Positions 26,080-37,387 of a stretch of 64,000 nucleotides of DNA are shown here, one piece after another. Position numbers and translations under genes: made by a program. Each line of letters opens with the position of its first letter. Positions within the stretch are counted from its first letter, which is position 1. The notes under the pieces are model-generated. The model searched no databases. It was given only the letters and a program-made list of their open reading frames with translations, and was not told the DNA's origin. This DNA comes from Dimorphilus gyrociliatus (Eukaryota > Animalia > Annelida), in contig CAJFCJ010000007.1 in assembly GCA_904063045.1 (NCBI GenBank), positions 4,471,404-4,535,403 on the forward strand, written 5' to 3'.

Positions 26080-29000
26080 CTAAACTTCCTTATTCAGAAA
26101 ACTATTGGCTAACCGCACGATTTCAGGCTTTGCAGATTTTGACGCGTATTTCTGTTCAATACGACGAGCTAACGAACTGAAAGATATAAGCACAGTTTTA
26201 GCTTTAGCTCTTCTCTTTAATAAGTTTCATGTTATAATATATTTACCTGGATGAGACTTCCGGCAACTTGTAGCTTCCATCTTCCTGTTTTTCTAACATT
26301 TCCAATACTCGGCTAATATTTCTTGTCCGCTTTCTCATTTCATCTTGAACAAATGCCATGGTTGTGTCGGGTATTGGCATTGACTCTATTCGAGCCAATA
26401 AAGAATTTAAATCATTATTTAATAAATCTAATGAGCAAGTATCCATTTTTTCGCAATTAGCCAATAATTCCAAAGTAGTATTTACATTGACATAATCGTA
26501 TAATACTTTCCCAGACTTGGTCCAGCCACATATTTTTCCACCATCTTGAACAGCCTTTTCCAGTTTTTCTAATAATGACCTAACGTAATCAACTTTCGGC
26601 TTCCTTTGAAGAAAAAGTGACTTTGGCGCTACTTTCTCAACTAGTATTTTTTCGCATTCGGTATAAGCCTCAGATTTCAATAGATGCCAACATTCTGCAT
26701 CAACGTCTCCCGAAACGCGGGCTTTAATTGCTTTTGCCTGGTGTAGATAACGCTCGGGCAAGTACAAACGATTCAATATAAATTCTTCTTCAGAAGTCCA
26801 ATCATCTTCTCCCTTTCCCAGAGTTCCGTGACGTAGAAGAACCTCTTTTATATAACTTTCGCGGCGTCTTTCATTTTCGACGTGAGCAAGAACAAATATT
26901 GACCATTGATAGAGTCCTAAGCCTTCAAGTAGAGATGCATACGATAAATGCAAACGTTCAACAAATATTTCATCTAAATGCCTATATTCTAAACTGTAGA
27001 GTGCATGCCATAAATGCCATGCTAATCTGACGTCCAACGGGTTATTTGTATAGGAATTAGTTGATAGTATATCCGACAATTTGACGCTGGCTTTATCGCA
27101 AAAGAGTTGGAGTAATTGAAAGCGAACATCTTTTGTGGAATGGGACTTGTTTTTTCCGAGATAGTCAGGTACTGGTGGGGCGCAATATGCACCATGCTTT
27201 GTTTTTCCTTGATAAGCCTCCTCGTAAGCCTCTAAACCACTTTTGATTGTATCAGTGCTCTTGCAATAGAACCATAGATGCATGGCAAGACATCTCTTCC
27301 AGTCTAGATTGTCGCAAACATTAATGGTGCCTCCATTTCCACTCCAAACCATACAACCTGCTAAAGTTGCATATATTTTCAGGTAATCTTCTTCAATGAA
27401 TAAATCAGCTTCGGTACGTTGCCAGCAGGCTAATTGTGTCCGAACAAGCTGCTTCACTTTTTCATTAGAACAAGCCTGTGCCAAGATCAAGGCCATCTTA
27501 AGGTTTCCACATTTTATCGCCAAATTGCACGCATTCTGTAACCGTCTTGCGGTCAATTCGGAGAAAATTTTTTTCTCGGAACTGCATTCACTTAGACAGT
27601 CAACAGCGAATTGTTGTAACCATTCAGTTACGTAATCTTTTCGTAGCATTTGAATTTCGTAATCAGTTCTCATATCGTCAATATTTAAGTCAGACCAAAG
27701 AGCAACGCCTAATTTCCAAACTGATGACGAGAGTTTTAATACATTATCATCTTTTACATCTGGCAAAACATTTTGTAAATTATCAGCGTAGGAATGAAGC
27801 AAACGGCTATCCTCTCTAGGTTTCAAGTGAACCAGTCTTTCACCGTTAGTGAAATCAGTAAATTCTAAAGCTGTTTGCAACAAGCATTCCGTTCCAAAAG
27901 CTGACATTGAATTTTCATCAATCATTTTTACCATATCAACTTTAAAAGGGGTTCCTACTAAAGCATCCTGCATATCAACTAGAGGCCGAATTAAAACGTT
28001 TGATGACCACCCACATCGAAAAGATCGGCATAAATCATTCACAGATTTTACAATCTGAACAGATTGTTTCCAAGGGACAAACCAAGGATGTAACGAATTT
28101 GTTCTTATTGTTGGTACAATGTTCTCATCTTCATCTCCCATTGAAGAGGGAATTAAAATTCCTTCTGGTTCTGGTTCTTCATACTCTTCATCCTTTTTAA
28201 TTTCTTCAGGTTCTTCCATCAGCTCAGGTGGAGGCTCTATTGATTTTTCATACATCTTAAAATTTCCTCCAAGTCCCGTCGATTTTGGGACAATCTTCAA
28301 GGGAGTCACTACTATTTTAAAAAGATAACAATTAATTACATTAATATTTTGAAACACTAACAATTTTAACGAAGGTTCAAAAGCAATAATTTATATAAGC
28401 TGAGAGATAAGAGCCTACATGCTATTCACTTGTCTTTCATGAAATAAGAAATAGAAACCTTTTTCATCCGTTTGCATATTAGTCTCCTCCTCTTCATCGT
28501 CGTCGAAGAACGATGCTTTCATCATTTGAACGTCATAGGCAGATACGCCTAGGCGAACAGCCAACTGATGGCTTATAGGCAGTGTAGAACGTGGTTGAAC
28601 TTCTATGTGTAAATCAATTTATTTTTATTAAAATTACAATTTTAAAATATAGAAATAAACAATCAAAAGAGCGAAGAGTAACCTTCTTCAATTTCTTCAA
28701 CAATTTTCTTGGCTTCTTCTTCTGCTTTTTCTTTTTCTTTCTCACTTTTCGTTTCAACTACTTCCTTTTCTGCCACTTTCGAGCCAATAACTTCTTTTTT
28801 GTCTATCTTCAGCTTCTTATCAACAACTTCATCTGCTAGATCGTCATCATCATCAGCTAAACCGTATCTAGTGAAATGCTTAACTTCGAAGACCCAGCTA
28901 CCTGTTTCTGGTCTATAGTCTAGGAATTTACCATCCATTTTTAGAGTCGCCCTTTCTAGTTTATTGGCATAGCGCATATCCATCAGTCGCTCAAAATCTT

Positions 29001-31649
29001 TTATAGGACTTTGAGTCGACTTATCAATAGGCCAAACGCCATCTAAGGTAATTTGAGCTCTCTTGTTCAATCCATTGCCTACTTCTGGTTTATTTTCATC
29101 ATTAGGATAAACAGTGACTTCATGTTTTCTGAAGTGAACTAAATCATCCAAATCAAGGCCTGTTATATCTGTTTGTCCATGAAAGTAGACATTTCCATAT
29201 CCATGTCTTCCTATAACGAAATTTTCGACAATGCATCTATTTTCACTGTCAATATTGGCAACTAAATCTTCCCATTTTGGATAGGTGTAATAATCACAGC
29301 GATTTAGCTTTAGGCCAGATGGATGAGTTGGACGGGAAAACTGAACTTCAGTTGTTTCTTCGCTCTCAGTTATGTCAAGAACTTTTCTAACTGAAGTATC
29401 TAGAACATGCAACGATGTATTCATTGATTTTTTTTCTTCAAGTTTTTCATTTTCTTTTCCATTGGCATATGTAGACAGATCAATTGTTGAATCAGCAGGA
29501 GATTTATTAATAGATAGATTAGGAGTAGAAACACCTCCAGGTACTTTCTTCTTGAGAACTAATTTTTTGACGTCACTTTTCTTTGAAAACACGCTTGCAT
29601 TTGAAACATCATCTTCCTCTTCCAATCCATCAAAGAGTGAATTACCCGTTGAACTAGAATTTAGAGGTTTTGGGCGAATGCGACTGGTAGAGCGTGGAGT
29701 TGAGCGTCGTCTAGTTGGATTAAACGCTGGCGAAATAGCAGCCTTTTGTGCACTTGGATTAGTTGGTTTCAAAACTTCTTCCTTTTTCTTTGGATCCGCA
29801 TTCTTTAAGTTATTAAACAATGGCGAATCACCATAAGGGTTTTGGCTTAACAACATTACTTGCTGCTGCAGCTGTTGCTGAGTATTATTTGTTGAAGCAG
29901 CCTGATTATTGGTTACAGTATTTGTTCCAAAAGAACCTAAGCTACTATTAAATAAGGATCCACTTGTGTTTCCTGTACCAGGTGCGTTAAAATTAAAGGG
30001 TTTTGGATTACTGTTATTATTAAATAATCCGCCAGTTGCTCCTGTTGTATTGGTGCCGAATGTACCTAAATTTGATCCAAAATTTGTTGCTGTTGACGTT
30101 TGACCAAAAGATGAACCAAATGATGGCTTCTGACCAGAGAAAAGTCCTCCAGTAGAGGTTGAGCTAGTTCCGAAACCTGAAAAGGATCCCATTAAAATCT
30201 CCGATGAGAGCAATAATGCAGTTAAACGTTTTCCACTTACCTGCTTGGGTTTGATTTTGACCAAATGAAAAACTAGATGCTGTAGTAGTTGGTTTTTGGC
30301 CAAACAGATTGTTTTGTTGATTTCCTTGATTAAAATTGAATCCTGTGTTTGTATTTGTGCTACCAAAAAGGTTAGTTGAAGCCTGAGTGGTAGTTGTGTT
30401 AAATCCAGTTGGCTATTAAAACGAAATTATAAATGGCAACTAAAGTAACAATGAAACTATGAACCTTTGCTTGACCGAACAAGGATGTACTTGTATTTGT
30501 ATTCTGTCCGCCAAACGTGAATGATGGAGCAGATGTAGTTGTTTGACCGAACAAACCTGTACTTTGACCTGTGTGGGGAATAGTTTTTTTTTTTAAGATA
30601 TTCAAGGATTTAAACAAAACATGATGCTTTACTTGTTTGCTGTGGTTGCTGTCCAAAGCTAAAACCTGATGTTGTAGGATTATCTTTTTTGCCAAACAAG
30701 CCACTGCTAGACTGGTTAGAATTAAATCCACTAAAACCTGTAGATGCAGAAGAAGAGGCAAAATTTGAGGTGTTTTGTGCACCGAAGAGAGTGCCGGGTG
30801 TGCCACCTGAGCCAGCAGATTTCCTGTTGGCTTCGTAGTCCTCTGTTCGTAGTTCTTCTAAAGATTTATTTTCATACTCTTTCATAGCGGTTATACATTG
30901 GTGTTTCGTGTTGACGCTTTGTGACACGCTTCCTTTCATCATAGTATCACTTCCGTGTGGAGGATTAAACTTGATAGTTGTTCCGCTTTGACCTCCTCCC
31001 GAAAATATTCCTCCTGAAGTATTGTTATTGTTACCAAACAAACCACCAGATGAACTTGCCGTATTTGAAGAACCGAATAGCCCACCTCCAGTATTGTTTG
31101 ATCCTCCAGTGGTACCAGTTCCTGTGTTACCGAATGCTGTTTCCATAAAAACAATTAGTAAAAAACTACTTTTTAATAGCTTATAAATATTTACAAAATC
31201 CTGTGGTTGAACCAAACATGTTGCCACTTTGATTATTGGTAGAACCAAATAATCCTCCTCCACCTGTTGAACTTGTGCCTCCAGCATTGGTCTGATTTTG
31301 AGTTCCAAAACTTCCAAATCCGGATGAGGTAGTGGTAGTGGAAAAACCGCTACTTCCTCCAAATATACCTCCACCTGAATTTGAATTATTGTTTGTACCG
31401 AAAACGGATTTATTTTGCTGGCCAAAGGTGGAACCAGATCCAAAAGAGCCTTTTTAGTATAAGACAATTATTGATAACTCTATGGAGATTAATAAAAACT
31501 TACTCGTAGGTGTTCCAAAGCTGTTTCCTCCACCACCAAATCCACTCGTTCCTTTAAATAGCATTTTTGTGAATTTTCAACTTAAAAAATCTTCTTTACT
31601 TACCCGTGGAGCCAAACGAAAATTTGTTGGTGTTATTTGAGCCGAACAT
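26080..31649 (-). CDS. NUP98: Nuclear pore complex protein Nup98-Nup96 precursor (multi-exon)
   Basis: FG/GLFG repeats, the GLEBS motif ([16 protein letters not shown]...[24 protein letters not shown]), the autoproteolytic domain ending [10 protein letters not shown](T)RYGL, and a Nup96 domain ([13 protein letters not shown]; [14 protein letters not shown]). ATG at 31649, stop at 26082-26080, short GT-AG introns. Confidence 0.97.
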
Positions 31650-31812
31650 GATTTACGGAAGTCTCTCACTTACGTCAAGGTCGTCTGTAAAAACAATTTA
31701 GACCTTGTGTTTATATACTTTTGTTATTTTATTTCATATTTTCATTTAAAATTACATAACAAGACTAATGATTCATGATAAACGTGGGTTTTCATATAGC
31801 GTAAATGAAACG

Positions 31813-31824
31813 TTTTCGCGCGCC
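31813..31824. promoter_or_regulatory. E2F-like site (TTTTCGCGCGCC) upstream of NUP98
   Basis: A CpG-rich match to TTTSGCGC about 165 nt upstream of the NUP98 ATG, in otherwise very AT-rich DNA. Motif match only. Confidence 0.35.
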
Positions 31825-32366
31825 GAAGTGAAAGACCATTAAAACGCAGTTACAAAACAAAATTATTTCCTAATTTTCCAACAGAAATAAAAAAATTATT
31901 AGTTTACATGATTCTATTCATTTTTAAAGAATCTTTTCTTTAAATAAAACAATACCGGCGAACTTTACCTTTTGCTTGAATTTCACATCTAGCAAATATG
32001 GCGACGTCTTGCTTTAATACGAAAGAGCTTCCAATTTTTACGATGTCCGTAGGGAATATTTCACCAATAAAATTCGAGTTTCCAGCACATTTATTTGCAA
32101 TAGCGCCTTATTTTATGAAATCTTCCCTAATTCTTTAAATTCAAGTTCAGCAAATAAAATTTTTACACAGATGAAGCAACTACATTCCTAGTAGCAAATA
32201 TTGTATTGATAGCAAGTATGTAAACATCGAACTATAGACGGTTGTGACAGAAATAAGAATAATCATAATAAAGTTTATGGCTACATAGTTGGAAAGTCAT
32301 CAGAATGTTCATGAAACACGGTAGTCAAATAATTTCCTCAAAATAAATTTTAATATAAGAAAATAA

Positions 32367-33897
32367 TTAATTCTAATAAATTTATAGAAAAAAGTAAATA
32401 ATTTGATGTTTGATTGTATTAGAATAGTTAAAAACTTATTAAAGGTTTCTGTTGATCAACTGGCAATATATTTTCATTCTCTTTCTACATGTTAAAAGAC
32501 AGCAATAGTATTAAAGAAACATTTGACTGGCTTAATTATTACCTTAAATATGTCAACAAACACATACAAATACTTTCTACATTTTTATTGACTAGTTATT
32601 AAAAGTGAACTCTGAATCTTCTCTTATGAGTATTGTGCCTCTTTTTTTCTAAAATTGACAAATTGACAATCCTGCCTTTCGATAGCTTTTCTTATATACC
32701 TCGACACTTTCAAAGTGAATATTTTTCTACGAGTTTACCAATTCTTTCAAAAGGTAGATGTTACACGTTTCACAATTAATTAATGAATCAGGACTATTTG
32801 GATACAATGAACATAGTTCTGTTAAACTATTATAAATTACAGCAACACAGGATGTGGCTATTTCACAAAAAAATGCACAATTAATAACTGATCGACTCTT
32901 CAACTTATCCAGAATTGTTGGTGACGTTGAATCGAACTTCCTTTTCACCAAAACATATATTGGACTTTTCTCTATGAAATTCAACGTGATTAATTTGAAT
33001 ATTAAAATATCTATAGAAATTTACCAGGTAATTCTGCTGTTGTTGTTGATGGGACGGCTGTTGTTGTTGGAGCGCTTGTCGTTTCTTTAATGACGAAACA
33101 GTAAATTAGTATAGTTAGAATATAATAAAACACAACCATAATACTCTGAGTTGTAGTTTCTTCGAAGAAAAGCTCCGACGGAGTTGTTGGTGCCATTATT
33201 GTTGTATCTTCAGTAGTTAGAAATTGTTTTTCCTCAAAATAAACATATTTTTATAATAATTAACATCTTTTATATGTTTAAGTGCTATTATTACTTTTTG
33301 GCACATAACACCGTTCAAATCAGAGCGATTTTGTTCAACCCAAATTCCATTGGTTACTCCTCCTTGAGATAGTTTCATTGCAAATGCTTCATCTACCTTG
33401 GGTACGTTGCCAGCAAAAAACCAATATAGCAATTTTGTTCCATCGTCGTAACGATTGCGTAATATATAGCCATCGTTTGTTTTATTCTCTGAAATGTTTA
33501 AGTGTTCTATTTATAGAAGAAGAAAGCAGAGCAAACTTACCAAAGTCTCTAACTCCCAACCAGTAACCACTTTTGATATTTGGATTTTGTATCCCTTGTA
33601 ATAAAGATTGCACGTCGGTATTTTCTATCGCCGACTTTATTCTAACCATTGTAAGTCCTTTTGCAGAACAAAACGACCTGAAAGTTAATGTACTTGTTAA
33701 AATCATTACATCTATCTTCATATTAAACTTACAAAGTATCTTCCCACGTTTTACTTATAGATTGATTTATATAGTAGCAAAAATTTCCAAGAGGTCCTTC
33801 CCCCCAGCCAGTGGCAGTTGGACATTGGCAATCAATTTGAGGATAGAGATGACGAATTAGAAGATAAACCGAGATAAAATTTTTCATCATAATTAAC
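32367..33897. repeat. Segmental duplication copy A (1531 bp; partner 41221-42751, same orientation, offset 8854)
   Basis: Near-identical by eye. All ORF-track translations in the two copies are identical, and four substitutions were noticed. Confidence 0.97.
32727..33890 (-). CDS. Secreted C-type-lectin-like domain + Thr-rich stalk + PAN/apple-like domain protein, copy A (6 exons)
   Basis: Spliced product: MMKNFISVYLL...CPTATGWGEGPLGNFCYY...KTWEDTLSFC...GYWLGVRD...WVEQ...VMCQK, a TTAP/PTTT linker, then SVINCAFFCEIATSCVAVIYNSLTELCSLY. Introns are about 50-60 nt with in-frame joins. Confidence 0.75.
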
Positions 33898-34012
33898 TGA
33901 CTTGATGATTTTGCTCCTCGATTGAACAATGATATTACATAGTGCTTTAAACTGTTTGCATTCATTGGATCAATAAGGATACTCTTGTTTACTTAATAAT
34001 GGTTAATATATA

Positions 34013-35076
34013 AAGTAGTCTGCATAAAAATTGGAACGCCATAAATTTTGATAAGCTGAACACTAAAGATCTTTTTCACAAAGAAAAAAGATTTTTTATT
34101 TTATTTTTTCTGTCTTAAATATTAGATTAAACATAGATATATCTTCTAAATAGAATTTTCTTCCATAATTCCTCCTAAGAGTCGAATTGTGGACCATCAT
34201 AAACAAGTTTTTTGGTGAGGTGCCACATGTTCTCAATTGGGCTGAGGTCAGGGCTCTTTGCTGGCCAATCAAGAAGGTAGATGTCATTCATCTGAAAGGC
34301 TCTTTTGTTGTCCTAGCAGTATGGCACCCAGTATTGTCTTGCTGGAAGATGTACTTCCTCCGCATTCTAGCTGATATATTTTCTATTACAGGCAGAACAT
34401 CTTCACCCTGAAGTCTTTTTCACCATGATCTGTCCATGTTCTGAAGTCATCAGGGCCACTCAGTGAGAATCTAGCCTCATCGAAGAAAATTACTTTAGAC
34501 CAGTCTAGATTATCACTGATCATTTTAAGACAATACATTTTTCTTCTTTTGCAATTGTTGGATGTGTGGTCATGTCTTTGTCTCACTCATTTATACTTGA
34601 AATTTTGTCTTTTCAGCTCCCTCTGAATTGTTGCTATGCTTACATCTACTTTCAATTCCTGTAAAATTTTTCCTGCTATCACCCTTTCCTTATTTATTTT
34701 CAATTTCTTTATTATTCTTTTCATCCTGCCTATGTCTCTCTCTGTAAGTCTCTTTGGACGACCCCTATTCTCCTGTTCTGGTGGATTGCATCATAGAACA
34801 TTGCTAACTGATGATGGTGCCAGCCCCAAAACCCTTGCTGTTGCTCTTAATTTTCCTATTTCCTTATATTTCCTCAGTACAAGATCCCCTAATGTCTTTA
34901 CTCCACGTCATAGTTAAATAAATACAAAAAGAATTAACTAATATAATTGAAATTGACAATAATAGATAAACTTAACTTGGAGAATTGAATAAGTCAAAAA
35001 AATTTTAGTTTACAATGTTTTTTTTAATGCCAAACCAGATATCCAGTGTCTGTTCCAATAATTATGAAGCGCGGCC
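34013..35076 (-). mobile_element. Degenerate Tc1/mariner (DD34E-type) DNA transposon with internal deletion, stops and frameshifts
   Basis: HTH region RATARVLGLAPSSVSNVL*...RGRPKRLTERD. Catalytic motifs WSKVIFFDEARF, YIFQQDNTGCHTAR and WPAKSPDLSPIENMW. Decayed terminal inverted repeats share CATAAWWATTGGAAC (about 34023-34037 and 35052-35066). Confidence 0.9.
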
Positions 35077-35947
35077 AAATAAAGAAAAAATTGATGAAAA
35101 TTACAAAAAATATTTTACTAATAATATTCCCAAATATCATCATTTTCTCAATTTTTTTTCAATATTACGTAAATATTACTCTTTATCTATATAAATTTAG
35201 ACAAAAAAAACTATTTTCATGGGAAAAAACATTTTTGACTGTTATTTTAAATTTGTCCTATCAAAATTTAGGGTGTTTCAATATTTTTGCAGATTACTAT
35301 ATATATATATATATATTTGTATTAGTATTTATATTGAAGGCTGTTCGTAACTTTAAGACATTTTTATTGATTCCAAGAATAATCAATTGAAAGATTTAAT
35401 AAACTTTTGATATTGTTTGAAAGTAGAATTTAATAATTTAATGTGCTTGTGATGTAAATAATTAAGAAAAAGATTGATTTCGGATTATTTTTCCGATAGA
35501 AATAGAAAAAATATAGATTTACATTATTTTTTTCATTTTTATAAACTTTTTCTTTAAATAAAAAGTACTGGCTAATTTTATCTTTCAAAGACAGAACCTT
35601 TACCTTGTTATGTAGCGAAAAAGTTTCCAATTTTTGTGGTGTCCAGAGGGGATATTTCAGGAATATATTTGTGAATATAGAGAATGTTGAATATATTTCG
35701 TGAAACATACCCTATCTCATTGGCGACAAATTCCGTAAACAAAAATTTTACATAGATAAATTTTAGAAAACTATGTAAATTTCCATTATAAAAAGAACTT
35801 TAAATGTAAATTTTAAACTAAAATTTTTGGCTTTTTTTTTCTTTTACTGATGCATCATTGATTCATCAACTTGAAGAGTTTTAAAAAGAAACGTGGGCTT
35901 TAACACCGTATATCCTTATTATCGCTCAGTCTTGAATTTTTGGAAAT

Positions 35948-37352
35948 ATGTACTCGAATCTTTCCATTCCGCCAAGGTCTACTGGAAGAAAGAAGCTTGC
36001 AGACAGCGACGAATTACGATTAAACATGAGAAGATCTAGAGATGACGATGAACTTAGTAGCGATGATGGTTAATTTAAAGAAAATTTTCCAAAATATTTT
36101 CATAGGATTAATTAATGCTTTACTTTATAGAGCTGTTGCAAGGATTCAATTCAACAACCAAAGGAAAAAGTCGATCACCTTACGATGATAGAAGAGGATC
36201 GCCGCTCAGCGTTCAAAATAAGCGCAATTCGTCTAAAAACGCACGCAGTAGTTATTTAGACAAAGGTGATGAAGATGATAGTCTTGGAGGAGGCGTTTTA
36301 AATATGACTATGAAACAGCCATTAAATAGAAATTTCCTAAAAAGTAGTGGTCGTAAATCACCTACTGGAGATTTGTAAGTCTATATGCCTTTTCATATTT
36401 CTGGTGTATTAAATATTTTAAGAAGATTATTTAATTGAAATTTAATAGCATCTCTTTTTTTTTCTTTTACTGTATATACAGTATATATGTATATCATATT
36501 TATTTATTTTTTGATATTTAAGCTCCAAAACGAAAGATTTAGGTAGATGGCAACCACCAAGTTTTTCTGATAGAAATAAAGAAAAAGGTAACTAATATAT
36601 TGATATATAAAATGTAAAATTTGGTTAAATAAACCAAAATAGCAACAATACGTGTGTGTAAATAAGACATTTTAAAAATATATATGCCAATATCTATATC
36701 TATATATGAATTGATCGATTTTTTTGAAATGATAGATATTTTGCTAAGATTTATTAATCTCTTTGCTTTTAAGCTTTATATACCGTATATACTTTATATT
36801 TATTAAAGAAAAAACAGACCAATAAGTCATAGGATAAACTTAATCAGACCTACAATTTCTCTGATCTCTTATTATATTATATATGTATTTAGACAGGGAA
36901 AGGGCATCACCGAAATTTGATGATAATTTTGATAGAGGTTAGCAAAAATAATTTATATACAGTATTTATTCTTCACTATTTTTATTTAATTTATTTAAAA
37001 AGATAAACGTCGAAGAACACCAACAGCTTTAGACTCTTTAGCTGAATCTCCAGTACCAACTCCCAGAAATAGATATAGTCCGAAACCACTAGAAAGGTAT
37101 ATTTTAATTATTATAAAATTATAATTTTATGTTATTTATGCTAATTTTAACTTATATATCATGCTTTTTCATTTTAATAATTTTTTCCCTATCTGCTTTA
37201 CGTTTTATTTCTTTTTGTCGTGTTTAACATTTTTCTTCGACAAATCGTCATTGCTACAGAAAATCAAAATATTCAAAATCAAAATCGCAGCCTCAGCCTT
37301 CTCCAAGAAGTGTCAAATCACGAAGGTTTCTTTTCATTTAACATTTTTACTC

Positions 37353-37387
<35 letters not shown>

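Noticed and set aside
31960-32330. Short open frames between the NUP98 promoter and duplication copy A (plus MATSCFNTKELP..., minus GAIANKCAGNSNF...)
   Set aside because: Under 60 codons, conflicting strands, no consistent splice model or recognisable domain. A disrupted gene remnant cannot be excluded.
32367-33897. piggyBac-like mobilisation of the lectin duplication (TTAA at both ends)
   Set aside because: No terminal inverted repeats or transposase, and TTAA is very frequent in this sequence.
34187-34917. Plus-strand ORFs 34187-34411 and 34636-34917
   Set aside because: Antisense shadows of the Tc1 transposase relic.
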